From contig CAZLEV010000001.1 in NCBI GenBank assembly GCA_964558645.1, positions 447,579-511,578 on the forward strand: 64,000 bases of DNA, written 5' to 3'. The notes below the pieces were generated by a model. The model worked only from the letters and a program-made list of their open reading frames with translations, was not told where the DNA came from and did no database searches. A program made the translations under genes and the position numbers. Source of the DNA: an uncultured archaeon. Lineage in GTDB: Archaea; Asgardarchaeota; Thorarchaeia; Thorarchaeales; Thorarchaeaceae. Shown here piece after piece: positions 28,264-37,833 of this stretch (positions within the stretch are counted from its first letter, which is position 1; each line of letters starts with the position of its first letter).

Positions 28264-28428
28264 ATGCCGTATAGGTTTGAATGTCAGATGTGTGACGGTG
28301 TGGTCACCGGCAAGACGAAAGAAGAAGTAGTCGAAGGAATCAAGAAGCATGGCGCTGCGGCGCACGGTCTTGATCCTATGCCTCAAGAAGAGGTCGACAA
28401 GCGCAAGCCGATGATAGAAGAGTACTGA
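28264..28428 (+). CDS. DUF1059-like small metal-binding protein, 54 aa (not in ORF track)
   Basis: MPYRFECQMCDGVVTGKTKEEVVEGIKKHGAAAHG; TATA box upstream. Confidence 0.75.
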   Translation: MPYRFECQMCDGVVTGKTKEEVVEGIKKHGAAAHGLDPMPQEEVDKRKPMIEEY

Positions 28429-28636
28429 TGCAATATTACTCCACACGGTCCAGCGTGTAGTGGGCTTAGTGCACAGTACACGCATCACTTCTCTTTTTCT
28501 ACCATGATAGGATGCAATCACAGATTCAGACGTGAGTTACCTAATCCCTTCCGTCTGGCTGTTCCCTTGTAGCGCATGTATCGAAGAGTTCATATTCAGT
28601 TGTTCGAGAAACTTGCACATCCGGTGGAGATTTGCG

Positions 28637-29056
28637 TTGACCGAAGACGATGAGTTGCTAGAAATACGACGCAGAAAGATGGACGAACTCATGAAAATGG
28701 CTCAAGAGCCTGAAGTTGCTGAACCGCTTTCGAAGGGGCAAGTTGTCCATTTGACCGAATCCAACTTCTGGTCGACAGTGAATCAGACGAAGATTGCACT
28801 CATCGACTTCTTTGGTGAGTGGTGTGGTCCTTGTAAGGCATTGGCCCCCATCTTCGCCAAGCTCGCTGCTGACTACAAAGGAGAGGCCTTCTTCGGCAAG
28901 ATCGACATCGACAAGAATCCGAAGATAGCAGCTCAGTTTGGGGTCCAGTCTGTACCGAATGTTGTCGTATTCCGAGATGGGAGGCCCGTTGGCAATCTTC
29001 CTGGTCTTCGAGGCTATGCTGACTACTCCAACATAATCGAGAAGCTGCTGTCGTAA
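28637..29056 (+). CDS. trxA: Thioredoxin
   Basis: WCGPCK, VQSVP; N-terminal DDELLEIRRRK extension. Confidence 0.92.
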   Translation: MTEDDELLEIRRRKMDELMKMAQEPEVAEPLSKGQVVHLTESNFWSTVNQTKIALIDFFGEWCGPCKALAPIFAKLAADYKGEAFFGKIDIDKNPKIAAQFGVQSVPNVVVFRDGRPVGNLPGLRGYADYSNIIEKLLS

Positions 29057-29071
29057 GTGCACCTTAAACGA

Positions 29072-29950
29072 CTATAGGTTCTGTATCTCTTCCAGCATAG
29101 CTAAGGTCCTGACAGTCTTACCCTCTCCGGAGATGATACTCATGGGCATCGCCTTGGCGTTGGTTGCTGCTCCTACACTCCCCTTCTTATCTGCCATGAT
29201 TATGCCCGCCTCACTACCGGTCTTCGTTTCAAACATCTTCATTGCGCTGTCGCAGGCTTCCTGTACACTCCGCCCCTCTTCGTAGTATAGAGCACTCATT
29301 CTAGATAGGAGTACACGCATGATGTGCTCTCCGTAGCCTGTAGCACTCACCCCACATATCTCATCAGCATAGGCACCTGCACCCATCACGGGACTATCTC
29401 CAACTCGACCCGGCATTTTTTTCGGGATTCCTCCTGTGGAGGAGGTTGCCGCAATCCGTCCATCAATGTCAATGGCCACGCAACCCACAGTGTCTCCCGT
29501 ATCAAGATCCAAACCGAAATCCACTGCACCTGGCTCTCTCTGCTCACGGTACCCCTCGAATATCATCCTGTCATAGATCCGTTTGGCATTGGGCCCTGCG
29601 AAGAAATTGTATTCCGTCTTCTCCATGATGTACCTTGCCAGCAAGATAGGGTTCTGTATTCCTGTGACGGCGGCGACAGACCCAAACTGTAGTTCACTAC
29701 CATCCACAATCATTGCATCAAGTTCTTTGATACCCTCGATATTTGCTCGGGCACCCACTCCAGCATTCAGCTTGCCACAGCTCTCCATATAGGCTGTGCA
29801 TCTCTCTGCAGCATCGAGGGCACTACCTTTCTGTTTCAGCGCATCGAATCCAATGCGGGCCGCCTTCTCAACATGCGTCTTGCCGGGAGGAATCCTCTCG
29901 TCCTTCCATTTTCCGGCGCCACCATGCACTATAATCAATGGCAATTCCAT
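29072..29950 (-). CDS. iaaA: Isoaspartyl peptidase/L-asparaginase (Ntn hydrolase)
   Basis: HGGAG, DTVGCV, TSSTGG, GRVGDSP, ATGYGE. Confidence 0.92.
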   Translation of the reverse strand: MELPLIIVHGGAGKWKDERIPPGKTHVEKAARIGFDALKQKGSALDAAERCTAYMESCGKLNAGVGARANIEGIKELDAMIVDGSELQFGSVAAVTGIQNPILLARYIMEKTEYNFFAGPNAKRIYDRMIFEGYREQREPGAVDFGLDLDTGDTVGCVAIDIDGRIAATSSTGGIPKKMPGRVGDSPVMGAGAYADEICGVSATGYGEHIMRVLLSRMSALYYEEGRSVQEACDSAMKMFETKTGSEAGIIMADKKGSVGAATNAKAMPMSIISGEGKTVRTLAMLEEIQNL

Positions 29951-30033
29951 CTGCCTATCGCCTCCATGAGGGACGGTGCCCTATCCCTCTTATCAATGTC
30001 ATTACTGGAATCTGGTTTCTCCAATCTCAGAAA

Positions 30034-30510
30034 CTAGAGCGTCCCCTTCCTATCCATCTCAAGGCACTTCTTGATGACGAATTCCAAGAATCGGTCACAG
30101 GTATTCTTCCATCTCTGGTTCACAAGATAGTCGGCTAGCTGCTCTCCATCACTGAAATCGACGTTGCTCAGTGTCTTGCAGGTCGTGCTACCGTACTCGT
30201 CTATGAAACTCCGATATAGCTCTCCCACTGCCTCAACGGCAGTTCCCCGGTCTGAAGGATGATTCTCAGGTGTCGATTCTTTCCCAAGACCGCACTTGAA
30301 TCCGATGGCGGCCGTGCTTCCGATGAGCAGCCCGCAGGTGGTTTCGCCGGACATGATTGCGCCCAAGTAGCCTGCTGTTGCCCAGGTTAGGCGATTATCG
30401 GATATCTGCCATAGGCTCAGAAGCGCTTGAAGCGAGGCTTCTGCACATGTGTAGGTGTGCATCCGAGTATAGGCTTCGCTCAATGTTTCTTCAATTCTGT
30501 CTTCGGACAT
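30034..30510 (-). CDS. C_GCAxxG_C_C family redox-active protein
   Basis: TCAEA, TCGLLIG, GSTTC, C. Confidence 0.8.
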   Translation of the reverse strand: MSEDRIEETLSEAYTRMHTYTCAEASLQALLSLWQISDNRLTWATAGYLGAIMSGETTCGLLIGSTAAIGFKCGLGKESTPENHPSDRGTAVEAVGELYRSFIDEYGSTTCKTLSNVDFSDGEQLADYLVNQRWKNTCDRFLEFVIKKCLEMDRKGTL

Positions 30511-30735
30511 GCAGTATCGTTTCGTAGACCTGCAAATAAGATATGTGAAAATACTGCTCTTTCATTCATTTGTTTAATCAGGAAGCCTGACACTTATATG
30601 TCTAGATTCGGAGTTAATCATGGTAGAGCGGAATCCGAATATGGAAATTACGATTGACTCTCATACAACGCCAACCGACTCGAAGCTGAGAGTTTCTTTT
30701 TTGTCCGCTCGCTTACTGACACAACGTGATTGATA

Positions 30736-31236
30736 ATGACCGTAGATACTGAAGAACTACAAGAAGTGAAAGTTGAAGACCTAGAACCTAAGATGAGCAA
30801 GCTGCACATCAAATTCAAGGTTATAGACAAGGGTGAGCCCCGCGTAGTTAGCTCGAGGCGGGATGGCTCCTCTCATACCGTCTTGGATGCAACTGTTGGG
30901 GACGAAACCGGCACGGTCGTTGTCCCTCTCTGGGATGACTCCATTGACCAACTGAAGATTGGAAATGTGTACGAGCTTAAGAATGGCTTCACCGGTCTCT
31001 TCCGACGTCAGCTGAGGCTAAAGATTAGCAGCCGCAGTGAGGTCGAGGAGATCGAAGAGGAGATTGAAGAGGTCAACACAGACCGAAACCTGTCGGATGA
31101 AGAGCACGGCCGCCGACGAAGAGACTATGGCGGAGGTTATGACCTGCGAAAGGGTCGATTTCGCGACAGCGGTACCAGTCGAAAGACTTACGGCGGAAAG
31201 GAGAAGGGGCATTACCACGGCACACGCAAGTGGTAA
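30736..31236 (+). CDS. ssb: Single-stranded DNA-binding protein (single OB fold, R/G-rich tail)
   Basis: KVEDL.P, VGDETG, LWD, NGF. Confidence 0.8.
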   Translation: MTVDTEELQEVKVEDLEPKMSKLHIKFKVIDKGEPRVVSSRRDGSSHTVLDATVGDETGTVVVPLWDDSIDQLKIGNVYELKNGFTGLFRRQLRLKISSRSEVEEIEEEIEEVNTDRNLSDEEHGRRRRDYGGGYDLRKGRFRDSGTSRKTYGGKEKGHYHGTRKW

Positions 31237-31330
31237 CCTCGACTGCATACCGGCACAAACTAATATGTCAAGGCTACCGCCTTGGCACTCCTTTACTATT
31301 TGTTCTCTAACCTAGAGTGACAGCCAGATG

Positions 31331-31714
31331 CTATCTTCTCACGGAAACCCCCAGTTCTGTTAGCACACGAACTGTCTTGCCCAAGTCCTCCTCTTTGACA
31401 AGAATGTGGTCTGTTGAGAAAGCTGAGATCACGAATATCCCGACTTCTGCATCTGCAAGAGCAGTAGAGATTCTGGCCATAAATCCCACAAGTCCGAAGG
31501 GAAGAACCACATCGAAGGTTATTATTTTCCATCCTCTCTCTGTTTCTAGAGCATCACCGGGTTTGATACTCTCCTCTTGGATGACCACTGTCGTCTCGTT
31601 CTTGCCTACTATAACTGCAAAGGAATCGGGAATAGCATGGGCTGCTTTGAGCACTGCAAACCTCTCGCCCCAGACGTAGGCTTCTGCACCCTGTATGTAT
31701 CTGTCAATCTCCAT
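31331..31714 (-). CDS. ACT-domain protein (ACT_7/CASTOR-like)
   Basis: LVGFMARIS.ALA, IFVISAFSTDHILV. Confidence 0.85.
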   Translation of the reverse strand: MEIDRYIQGAEAYVWGERFAVLKAAHAIPDSFAVIVGKNETTVVIQEESIKPGDALETERGWKIITFDVVLPFGLVGFMARISTALADAEVGIFVISAFSTDHILVKEEDLGKTVRVLTELGVSVRR

Positions 31715-31824
31715 GAAGCATCTGCTTCCGAGTCACCTTTGTGCGTTAAATGTGTATAGTGAAAGCTCATACTCCCCTCGGAACATGGGCAAATCTATTA
31801 GGGGCTCAATGTCGATTATCGTAT

Positions 31825-33675
31825 ATGCTCCCAGCAAAGCCAGACTTCCAGAAGTATCTCGCCATAGAAACTGCCGGAGGCCCATCCTGGCATCCCAAAG
31901 ACAATATGATGACCTTCGCTTACGATGCTCCCGGAGTGTTTCAGGTCTTCTCAGTATCTGTCAAGAAAGGTTTGGCCCTCTGGCCTGCTCGGATGACTTT
32001 TGAGGAGGACCGATGCACGGATCCTCGTTACCTTCCAGATGGAGGCATTGTCTTTTCTCGGGATCGAGGTGGTGATGAGAATTTCCAGATTGGTCACATA
32101 GGCATAGAAACCGATTTGACGTGGCTGACCTCAGACCTTGCTGCGAAGCATATTGTCAATGCAGTTGGAGACAAGCGACTCTACTATATGGCCAACATCG
32201 ACAAAAAATCTAGGCTCGATGTCTACTACCTTGAATATCCCTTGGTTGAGAATGAACACACCAAGATGCTAGAACCTGCTGAGGGAGTTGTGTCGGTGGA
32301 AACGTATTCCAAGGATGAAGCTAAGGTTATCTTGCGAAAGTTCAGAGGTAACGTTGATCAAGAGTTGCTGCTATGGGAAGATGGGACTGTTTCAAGCATC
32401 ACTGCAAGGGTTGATAGTAAGCGAACAGAACGATGGAACGGGATCAGGTTTGTCGATACTGAGACTCTTCTAGTTGCCACCGATCACGGCTCAGACCTCA
32501 ATAGGCTGGCACTTGTTGACCTGAATGGTGACTTCCGTCCAATCGATTCAATCGAAGAGAGCATCAAGCATCCTTTCGAGGAGGCCATTTTCAATGAAGA
32601 GGACCCAACGACCTACTTCTTCAGCAACGGGGAGGGCTATAGCTCTCTCTTTGCGGGCGAGTTCAATACTGAGGGTGTTGACGACCTCAGAGAGATCGAG
32701 ATGCCCATCGATGGCACCATCGTTTCGCGAGATACACGGTCCTTCAGTTTCTCAGGAGATCTCTCTCCGGATCATACTCGTCTTGCAGTGACCCTCTCGT
32801 CCCCTACTGAACCGACCAATATATGGGTATTCGACGTGGTTGATGACGAGTGGTGGAGAGCAACAGATGTAGGCCTTGCAGGTCTGAACCCCAAGGACTT
32901 CGTTGATGCGAGCCACCATCGCTTTCAAAGCTTCGATGGCTTGAGTGTCCCGTATTTCAAATACGTGCCCAAGGGAGATCGACCCGATGAAGGATGGCCG
33001 GCCCTCTTCATAATCCACGGTGGACCAGAGGCACAGATGCGTCCCTCCTTCGACCCGGTAATCCAGTTCTTTCTGTCAGCGGGATTTGCAGTGATTGCAC
33101 CTAACATTCGTGGGTCGACAGGCTATGGCCGAAGGTACTTGGACCTAGACAATGTTGAGAAGCGCTTGGACTCTATCCACGATATCAAGTCGCTGGCTGA
33201 TATGGTCAGGAAGACAGATTCTGATATCGATGCAGGCCGTCTGGTAGTATATGGTGGCAGCTATGGCGGGTTTGCAGTGCTTTCCTCCATGACCGAGTAC
33301 CCTGACCTATGGAAAGCGGGTGTTGACATTGTAGGTATATCTGATTTCGTGACATTCCTTGAGAATACAGCAGACTGGCGTCGTCCACTTAGAGAGGCAG
33401 AATACGGAAGTCTGGACGAAGATAGAGACATATTGGAGCGAATCAGTCCAATACATAGGGCAGACAGAATCTCCTCTCCGCTGTTCATCATTCAGGGCGA
33501 TAACGACGAGCGGGTGCCGCTGTCCGAGTCAATACAGATACATGAAAAGCTGAAATCGAAGGGTGTACCAGTGAAGCTATTGCGCTTCTCGGACGAAGGG
33601 CATGGCATCGCCAAGCTTGAGAACAGAATAGAAGCCTATTCCCAAGTCTTGAATTGGCTCAAGGAAGTGGCATGA
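31825..33675 (+). CDS. S9 family peptidase (acylaminoacyl/prolyl oligopeptidase)
   Basis: IHGGP, GGSYGG, QGDND, DEGHG. Confidence 0.95.
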   Translation: MLPAKPDFQKYLAIETAGGPSWHPKDNMMTFAYDAPGVFQVFSVSVKKGLALWPARMTFEEDRCTDPRYLPDGGIVFSRDRGGDENFQIGHIGIETDLTWLTSDLAAKHIVNAVGDKRLYYMANIDKKSRLDVYYLEYPLVENEHTKMLEPAEGVVSVETYSKDEAKVILRKFRGNVDQELLLWEDGTVSSITARVDSKRTERWNGIRFVDTETLLVATDHGSDLNRLALVDLNGDFRPIDSIEESIKHPFEEAIFNEEDPTTYFFSNGEGYSSLFAGEFNTEGVDDLREIEMPIDGTIVSRDTRSFSFSGDLSPDHTRLAVTLSSPTEPTNIWVFDVVDDEWWRATDVGLAGLNPKDFVDASHHRFQSFDGLSVPYFKYVPKGDRPDEGWPALFIIHGGPEAQMRPSFDPVIQFFLSAGFAVIAPNIRGSTGYGRRYLDLDNVEKRLDSIHDIKSLADMVRKTDSDIDAGRLVVYGGSYGGFAVLSSMTEYPDLWKAGVDIVGISDFVTFLENTADWRRPLREAEYGSLDEDRDILERISPIHRADRISSPLFIIQGDNDERVPLSESIQIHEKLKSKGVPVKLLRFSDEGHGIAKLENRIEAYSQVLNWLKEVA

Positions 33676-33728
33676 AGCAGTCATGCATAAGAGCACAAAA
33701 AAGTAGTTTGACAGGAGCGTTTGTTAGA

Positions 33729-34346
33729 ATGAATCGGTATCTGTTAACAACGTCTGTACTTGCATTGCTAGTGTTTCCTGTCACCCTTCTGGCTATAGTA
33801 TTTGACCCTTCGACATTTGCAGATGACGGTGTCCAAGTGGACGTGGAGATCGAGAGTCCTGAACGGTGGAATGCCCCCTTCGAGGAGGAAGTGAACGTGG
33901 CCCTTGGTATCACCCCCCAAGTCTCGGTGTACGTCAACATTTCCGTGACACAAGTTGTTGTGGCTCTTCAGAAACGAGAAGCTGATGGATCTTATACATT
34001 GTTGGCGGCCGATTCCTACTCTCCTCCAAGTCCCATCACGGGAATCGCCCATGTCAATCTGACGAATGATTTCGTCTTGAGTGGCTCAGGCAATGGTTTG
34101 GAATGCTACTTCTCTGTAACCGTAGTAGGGTATTACTACAACGAGACTGGGATTACACCATTCTCTGCCTCTTCGCCCGATGACCTGATCGGTCCCCTAA
34201 CCGTCATACCTGGGATTTCCTCTCCACAGTCCTGGGTTGGAATAATCGTTATTACAGCTTTTGTCGTTGTTTTTGTTCTTGGAGCCTACGGGGTCAAGAA
34301 GTCACGGTCTCCCTCGCGCAGACGAGATTCCTTAACGGAGCAATGA
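33729..34346 (+). CDS. Membrane-anchored secreted protein
   Basis: N-terminal signal/TM, C-terminal TM plus basic tail. Confidence 0.7.
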   Translation: MNRYLLTTSVLALLVFPVTLLAIVFDPSTFADDGVQVDVEIESPERWNAPFEEEVNVALGITPQVSVYVNISVTQVVVALQKREADGSYTLLAADSYSPPSPITGIAHVNLTNDFVLSGSGNGLECYFSVTVVGYYYNETGITPFSASSPDDLIGPLTVIPGISSPQSWVGIIVITAFVVVFVLGAYGVKKSRSPSRRRDSLTEQ

Positions 34347-34429
34347 TGTGACTGGGCCGAGTCTGATAAGGCGGTGTTGCGCTTCTTCTCCAAAAGGTGA
34401 CTTGTGGAGATACAGCCCTACCTGCCAAT

Positions 34430-35404
34430 CTATTTCCTGCGGTTTTCGATGAGTATCAAGACCAATGTGATAACACTGATACTTCCGACAATCAGAGCCA
34501 GTTGCTGATAGTCGATTCCGTATCCATTACCATTTCCATTTGGAACTGAACTGGGTCCTGACATTCCGACTATCGGGTCATAGAAGAGCGAGGCACTCCC
34601 GAAGTGTTCAAAGGAGAGATAGACTGATTGCCCCTCTTCTCCATCTGTTCCTGAGCCATATGACCCTCGCACAGCCACTGTACTGTTTTCCGCGTAAGCC
34701 TCCTCGGCAAATTCCATATAGGCTGGTCCAAACTCAAAGAGGTTGTCCTGTTGTTGGAACATTGATGGCGGCACCTTGTCTCCCGCCTCGTGGTCGCTTT
34801 CGGATATCACGAACTGAAAGGCGAGCATGGAGTCGTCATAGCTCCACTGCCAGCCAGAGAGAGAAACCCCGAACTTGAGTTCGTTGGGATTGGTTGCATT
34901 AATTGAAACGTGGATTTGAATCTCAACATCGAATTCAATCTGTGAAGGAGTCGTGGGCGTGGTGGTGATTGGAGTTGTTGTAGGAATAGGTATCGAGAAA
35001 CTTGCCGTGGTTGTGAGGTTGAACAGCACCGATTTGACACTTGAGTCCTCCTCATGTGTATAGAATCCGCTAAATTCCCAGTTCATTCCTGGAAGGATAA
35101 ACGGAATCCCGACAATCATGTCTGTGGAGGGTTCAAACACTCCATCTCCATCCAGATCTTGTACTTCAATTAGTTTAAGAAACTGCAGATGATAGTTCTT
35201 TTCTGGAGCTGACCGATTCCACCACCAGAAGTGCGGCACCTGATTGCTAGCGCTTATCCTGACACCAATTTCATCCGTAGTTAATGTAGCGATGCCCGCT
35301 CCATAGGAGTACTCGATTCCCCCCGTCTGGGCTGTTGCGTACGGAAGCATCATTAGAACTAGCACTGAAACGAAACACACTCCGGTCGTGTACCGCTTTT
35401 TCAT
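34430..35404 (-). CDS. Secreted membrane-anchored protein (paralog A)
   Basis: Signal peptide, NQVPHFWWW, P/T linker, YDP, C-terminal TM. Confidence 0.8.
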   Translation of the reverse strand: MKKRYTTGVCFVSVLVLMMLPYATAQTGGIEYSYGAGIATLTTDEIGVRISASNQVPHFWWWNRSAPEKNYHLQFLKLIEVQDLDGDGVFEPSTDMIVGIPFILPGMNWEFSGFYTHEEDSSVKSVLFNLTTTASFSIPIPTTTPITTTPTTPSQIEFDVEIQIHVSINATNPNELKFGVSLSGWQWSYDDSMLAFQFVISESDHEAGDKVPPSMFQQQDNLFEFGPAYMEFAEEAYAENSTVAVRGSYGSGTDGEEGQSVYLSFEHFGSASLFYDPIVGMSGPSSVPNGNGNGYGIDYQQLALIVGSISVITLVLILIENRRK

Positions 35405-35636
35405 TTTCTTGTCACCCAGTCCGTACAGTTTGTGATCATCTGTTTCTGTATTCGTGCTGTGTTATCGAGCCCTTCAGTTTTCTGTGTTTATGGATACATT
35501 CCATTCCTTTTCTTCTTTGCTGGTATCCGTGTGCTGTGGATGAGGCTAGTAACCTAACATAAAAGAATAGAGGGGAGGTCGTGGCACGCAGCCAAGACCT
35601 CGTTAGACGAGTTCTACCTCTGATATGTCAGGAGCA

Positions 35637-36608
35637 TCAGCGCTTGAGTTTGATTATCATAGCCGCCAGAACTACTACGCCAATTACGCCTCCAATCAGT
35701 ACGAGCTGGTCGGAAGTAACGAGATCGGGTATAATGCCTGTCCCATCGCCGTCATCCGTTGTTCCAGATGAAACTCCAATGATTGGATCGTATTCGAGGG
35801 TTTCATTACCGAAGTACTGGAAGGCGAGGTACACTGATTGACCGTCTTCGCCTCCGGTTCCTTCTCCGTAAGTACCCTTCACCTCTATAGGTGTTTCACC
35901 AGCTATTGCCTCTTCGGCGTACTCCATGTATCCCTCGCCAAACTGGAACTGGTTTCCCTCTTGAACGAACTCAGGAGGCTCATCAGTTCCTGTTTCTTCA
36001 CCATGTTCACTCTGAGTTACTGTGAACTGGAAGACCAGCATTGAGTCTTCTGAGGCCCACCTCCACCCTGATATGACGATATCGAACTTCATCTCATGTG
36101 GGTTCGATGTGTCGATGTGTACACGGATCTGGATTGTGACCTCGAAGTTGGTCGGTGCTTGGGCTGTGGTCGTGGTTGTGGTGGGTGTTGGCAAAGTGAA
36201 ATTCTCTGTTTTGGTGAAGTTGAAGTGGACTTCGGTCACTACAGAGTCTTCCTCCACCGTTTCAAAGCCACTGAAATCCCACACACCTGCCGGTAGCAGA
36301 TAGGGAGCTCCTACGATGGTGTCCGTTTCAGGATCGTATTCGCCGTTACCGTCGGTATCGTTGACCTCCAGCAGTTTCAGAAACATGATATGGTAGTCAG
36401 TTTCATTCGACGTAGCATTCCACCAATGAAAATGAGGTACCTGATTGTATGCCGTGACCTTGACTCCGATCTGGTCGGTCGTCAGGCTGGCCAGTCCCTC
36501 ATTGAATTGGTACTGGATTCCTTGCTCTTGAGCAGCTGCTATTGGCACTAACGCTAAGAGCGCCATTGCCGCAAGGGCTGCTGCAATTCTTGAGTGATTC
36601 GCTTTCAT
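35637..36608 (-). CDS. Secreted membrane-anchored protein (paralog B)
   Basis: Colinear homolog of 34430-35404. Confidence 0.8.
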   Translation of the reverse strand: MKANHSRIAAALAAMALLALVPIAAAQEQGIQYQFNEGLASLTTDQIGVKVTAYNQVPHFHWWNATSNETDYHIMFLKLLEVNDTDGNGEYDPETDTIVGAPYLLPAGVWDFSGFETVEEDSVVTEVHFNFTKTENFTLPTPTTTTTTAQAPTNFEVTIQIRVHIDTSNPHEMKFDIVISGWRWASEDSMLVFQFTVTQSEHGEETGTDEPPEFVQEGNQFQFGEGYMEYAEEAIAGETPIEVKGTYGEGTGGEDGQSVYLAFQYFGNETLEYDPIIGVSSGTTDDGDGTGIIPDLVTSDQLVLIGGVIGVVVLAAMIIKLKR

Positions 36609-36732
36609 GTTTATCACCATGTCATTTACTCAAGAATGAATATAATCTTTCCATTCGAGATTTGTGGAAATGGCAGCTCGAGAGTACTCGAACTCCTCTT
36701 CAAAGGCGAAGAAGGGAGTTCTTGCCTACTCA

Positions 36733-37554
36733 TTAGGTCAACAAGATAAGCAGCAGAAGGTTCGCGTTCGTTACGATTAGAGTCACAAGGCCAGCTCGAA
36801 GTGGTCTGACACTTCTTGCTTTGGCTAGGCACATGGTGAGGATGAAGGCACTCCATGATATTGTGCCAGTCAGTAGTAGGGTGAGGAACCAGCCTGATAT
36901 GCTCAGTTCTATAACCATGAGGTTCAGCAGTAGCTCCATTACGACATTGGGGATGAAAGAAATTGGAATTGACATGAACAGAGCGGGAGAGCAACAGCGA
37001 GTTCCAATGATCACCGATGATACAAGCTCAATCAGAACGTAGACTGCGATCCAGGCAGTAAGAGCGGATACTATCGACAGCATGGGGGTCGTGTTGAACT
37101 CGATGAAGAATAACCCGACAGGGACCAGTCCTACTGCATATGACAAATAGCCATAAGCTCCCAGGAATAGCAGCATTTCCAGCGTGAATCTCCAGGGGTC
37201 TGATTGTATCCGTCGTATCGCGGGCATCATCCCTACGATAGCCGACACTCGAACCCTTGGATTGCTGCTATTTTTGAGCCAGTACAACGCATCCTCGCCG
37301 TGCTGGAGCATCTCGAAGGCTGAAACACCTAGCTCAGTTAAGCAGTACCTCTTCTGTTGGTCACGCACAACCAGTGGATTGGATCCCTTGAGCAGAACAT
37401 CGATGTGGAAATAGAGCGTTCCGGGCTCTAAGTCTAGCACCTTCATGTCTGTGTATGATGTGGAGCCCTGATTCCCGATGAGTGAAACTATCTCCCGTCT
37501 GATCTCGTGAGATAGTGCGTTGAACATATCGTTCAGAACCGTATCTTCATCCAA
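36733..37554 (-). CDS. Winged-helix (ArsR-like) domain fused to a multi-TM domain
   Basis: FNALSHEIRREI, GTLYFH, YCLTELG; about 5 TM helices. Confidence 0.8.
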   Translation of the reverse strand: MDEDTVLNDMFNALSHEIRREIVSLIGNQGSTSYTDMKVLDLEPGTLYFHIDVLLKGSNPLVVRDQQKRYCLTELGVSAFEMLQHGEDALYWLKNSSNPRVRVSAIVGMMPAIRRIQSDPWRFTLEMLLFLGAYGYLSYAVGLVPVGLFFIEFNTTPMLSIVSALTAWIAVYVLIELVSSVIIGTRCCSPALFMSIPISFIPNVVMELLLNLMVIELSISGWFLTLLLTGTISWSAFILTMCLAKARSVRPLRAGLVTLIVTNANLLLLILLT

Positions 37555-37833
37555 ACGGCGTCAGCTCCTATATTCACCTCGACGAAGGGATCGAGGAATT
37601 CGCTTCTTTGCGGAAAGCTAGAGTCATCAAAAGAATCAGAATGACATCAATGATAAGCTCTTCTCTGATAAAGCTTCCATTGATTGGAAGATGCTTCATG
37701 GAAAACGCTGCCACCTCGCCCCTTGAGAACGGGAACTCGTGGCGATTTCTGGAACCAATGCAATCACAGATCTCGACGGCCTTCTTCACAGCACTCTTAA
37801 GCCAAGGGGTAGCCAACGAACCCGTTGATTATC

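Noticed and set aside
31331-31714. CASTOR-like arginine sensor linked to the ADI-like pair
   Set aside because: This ACT family is widespread and the gene is separated from the pair by unrelated genes
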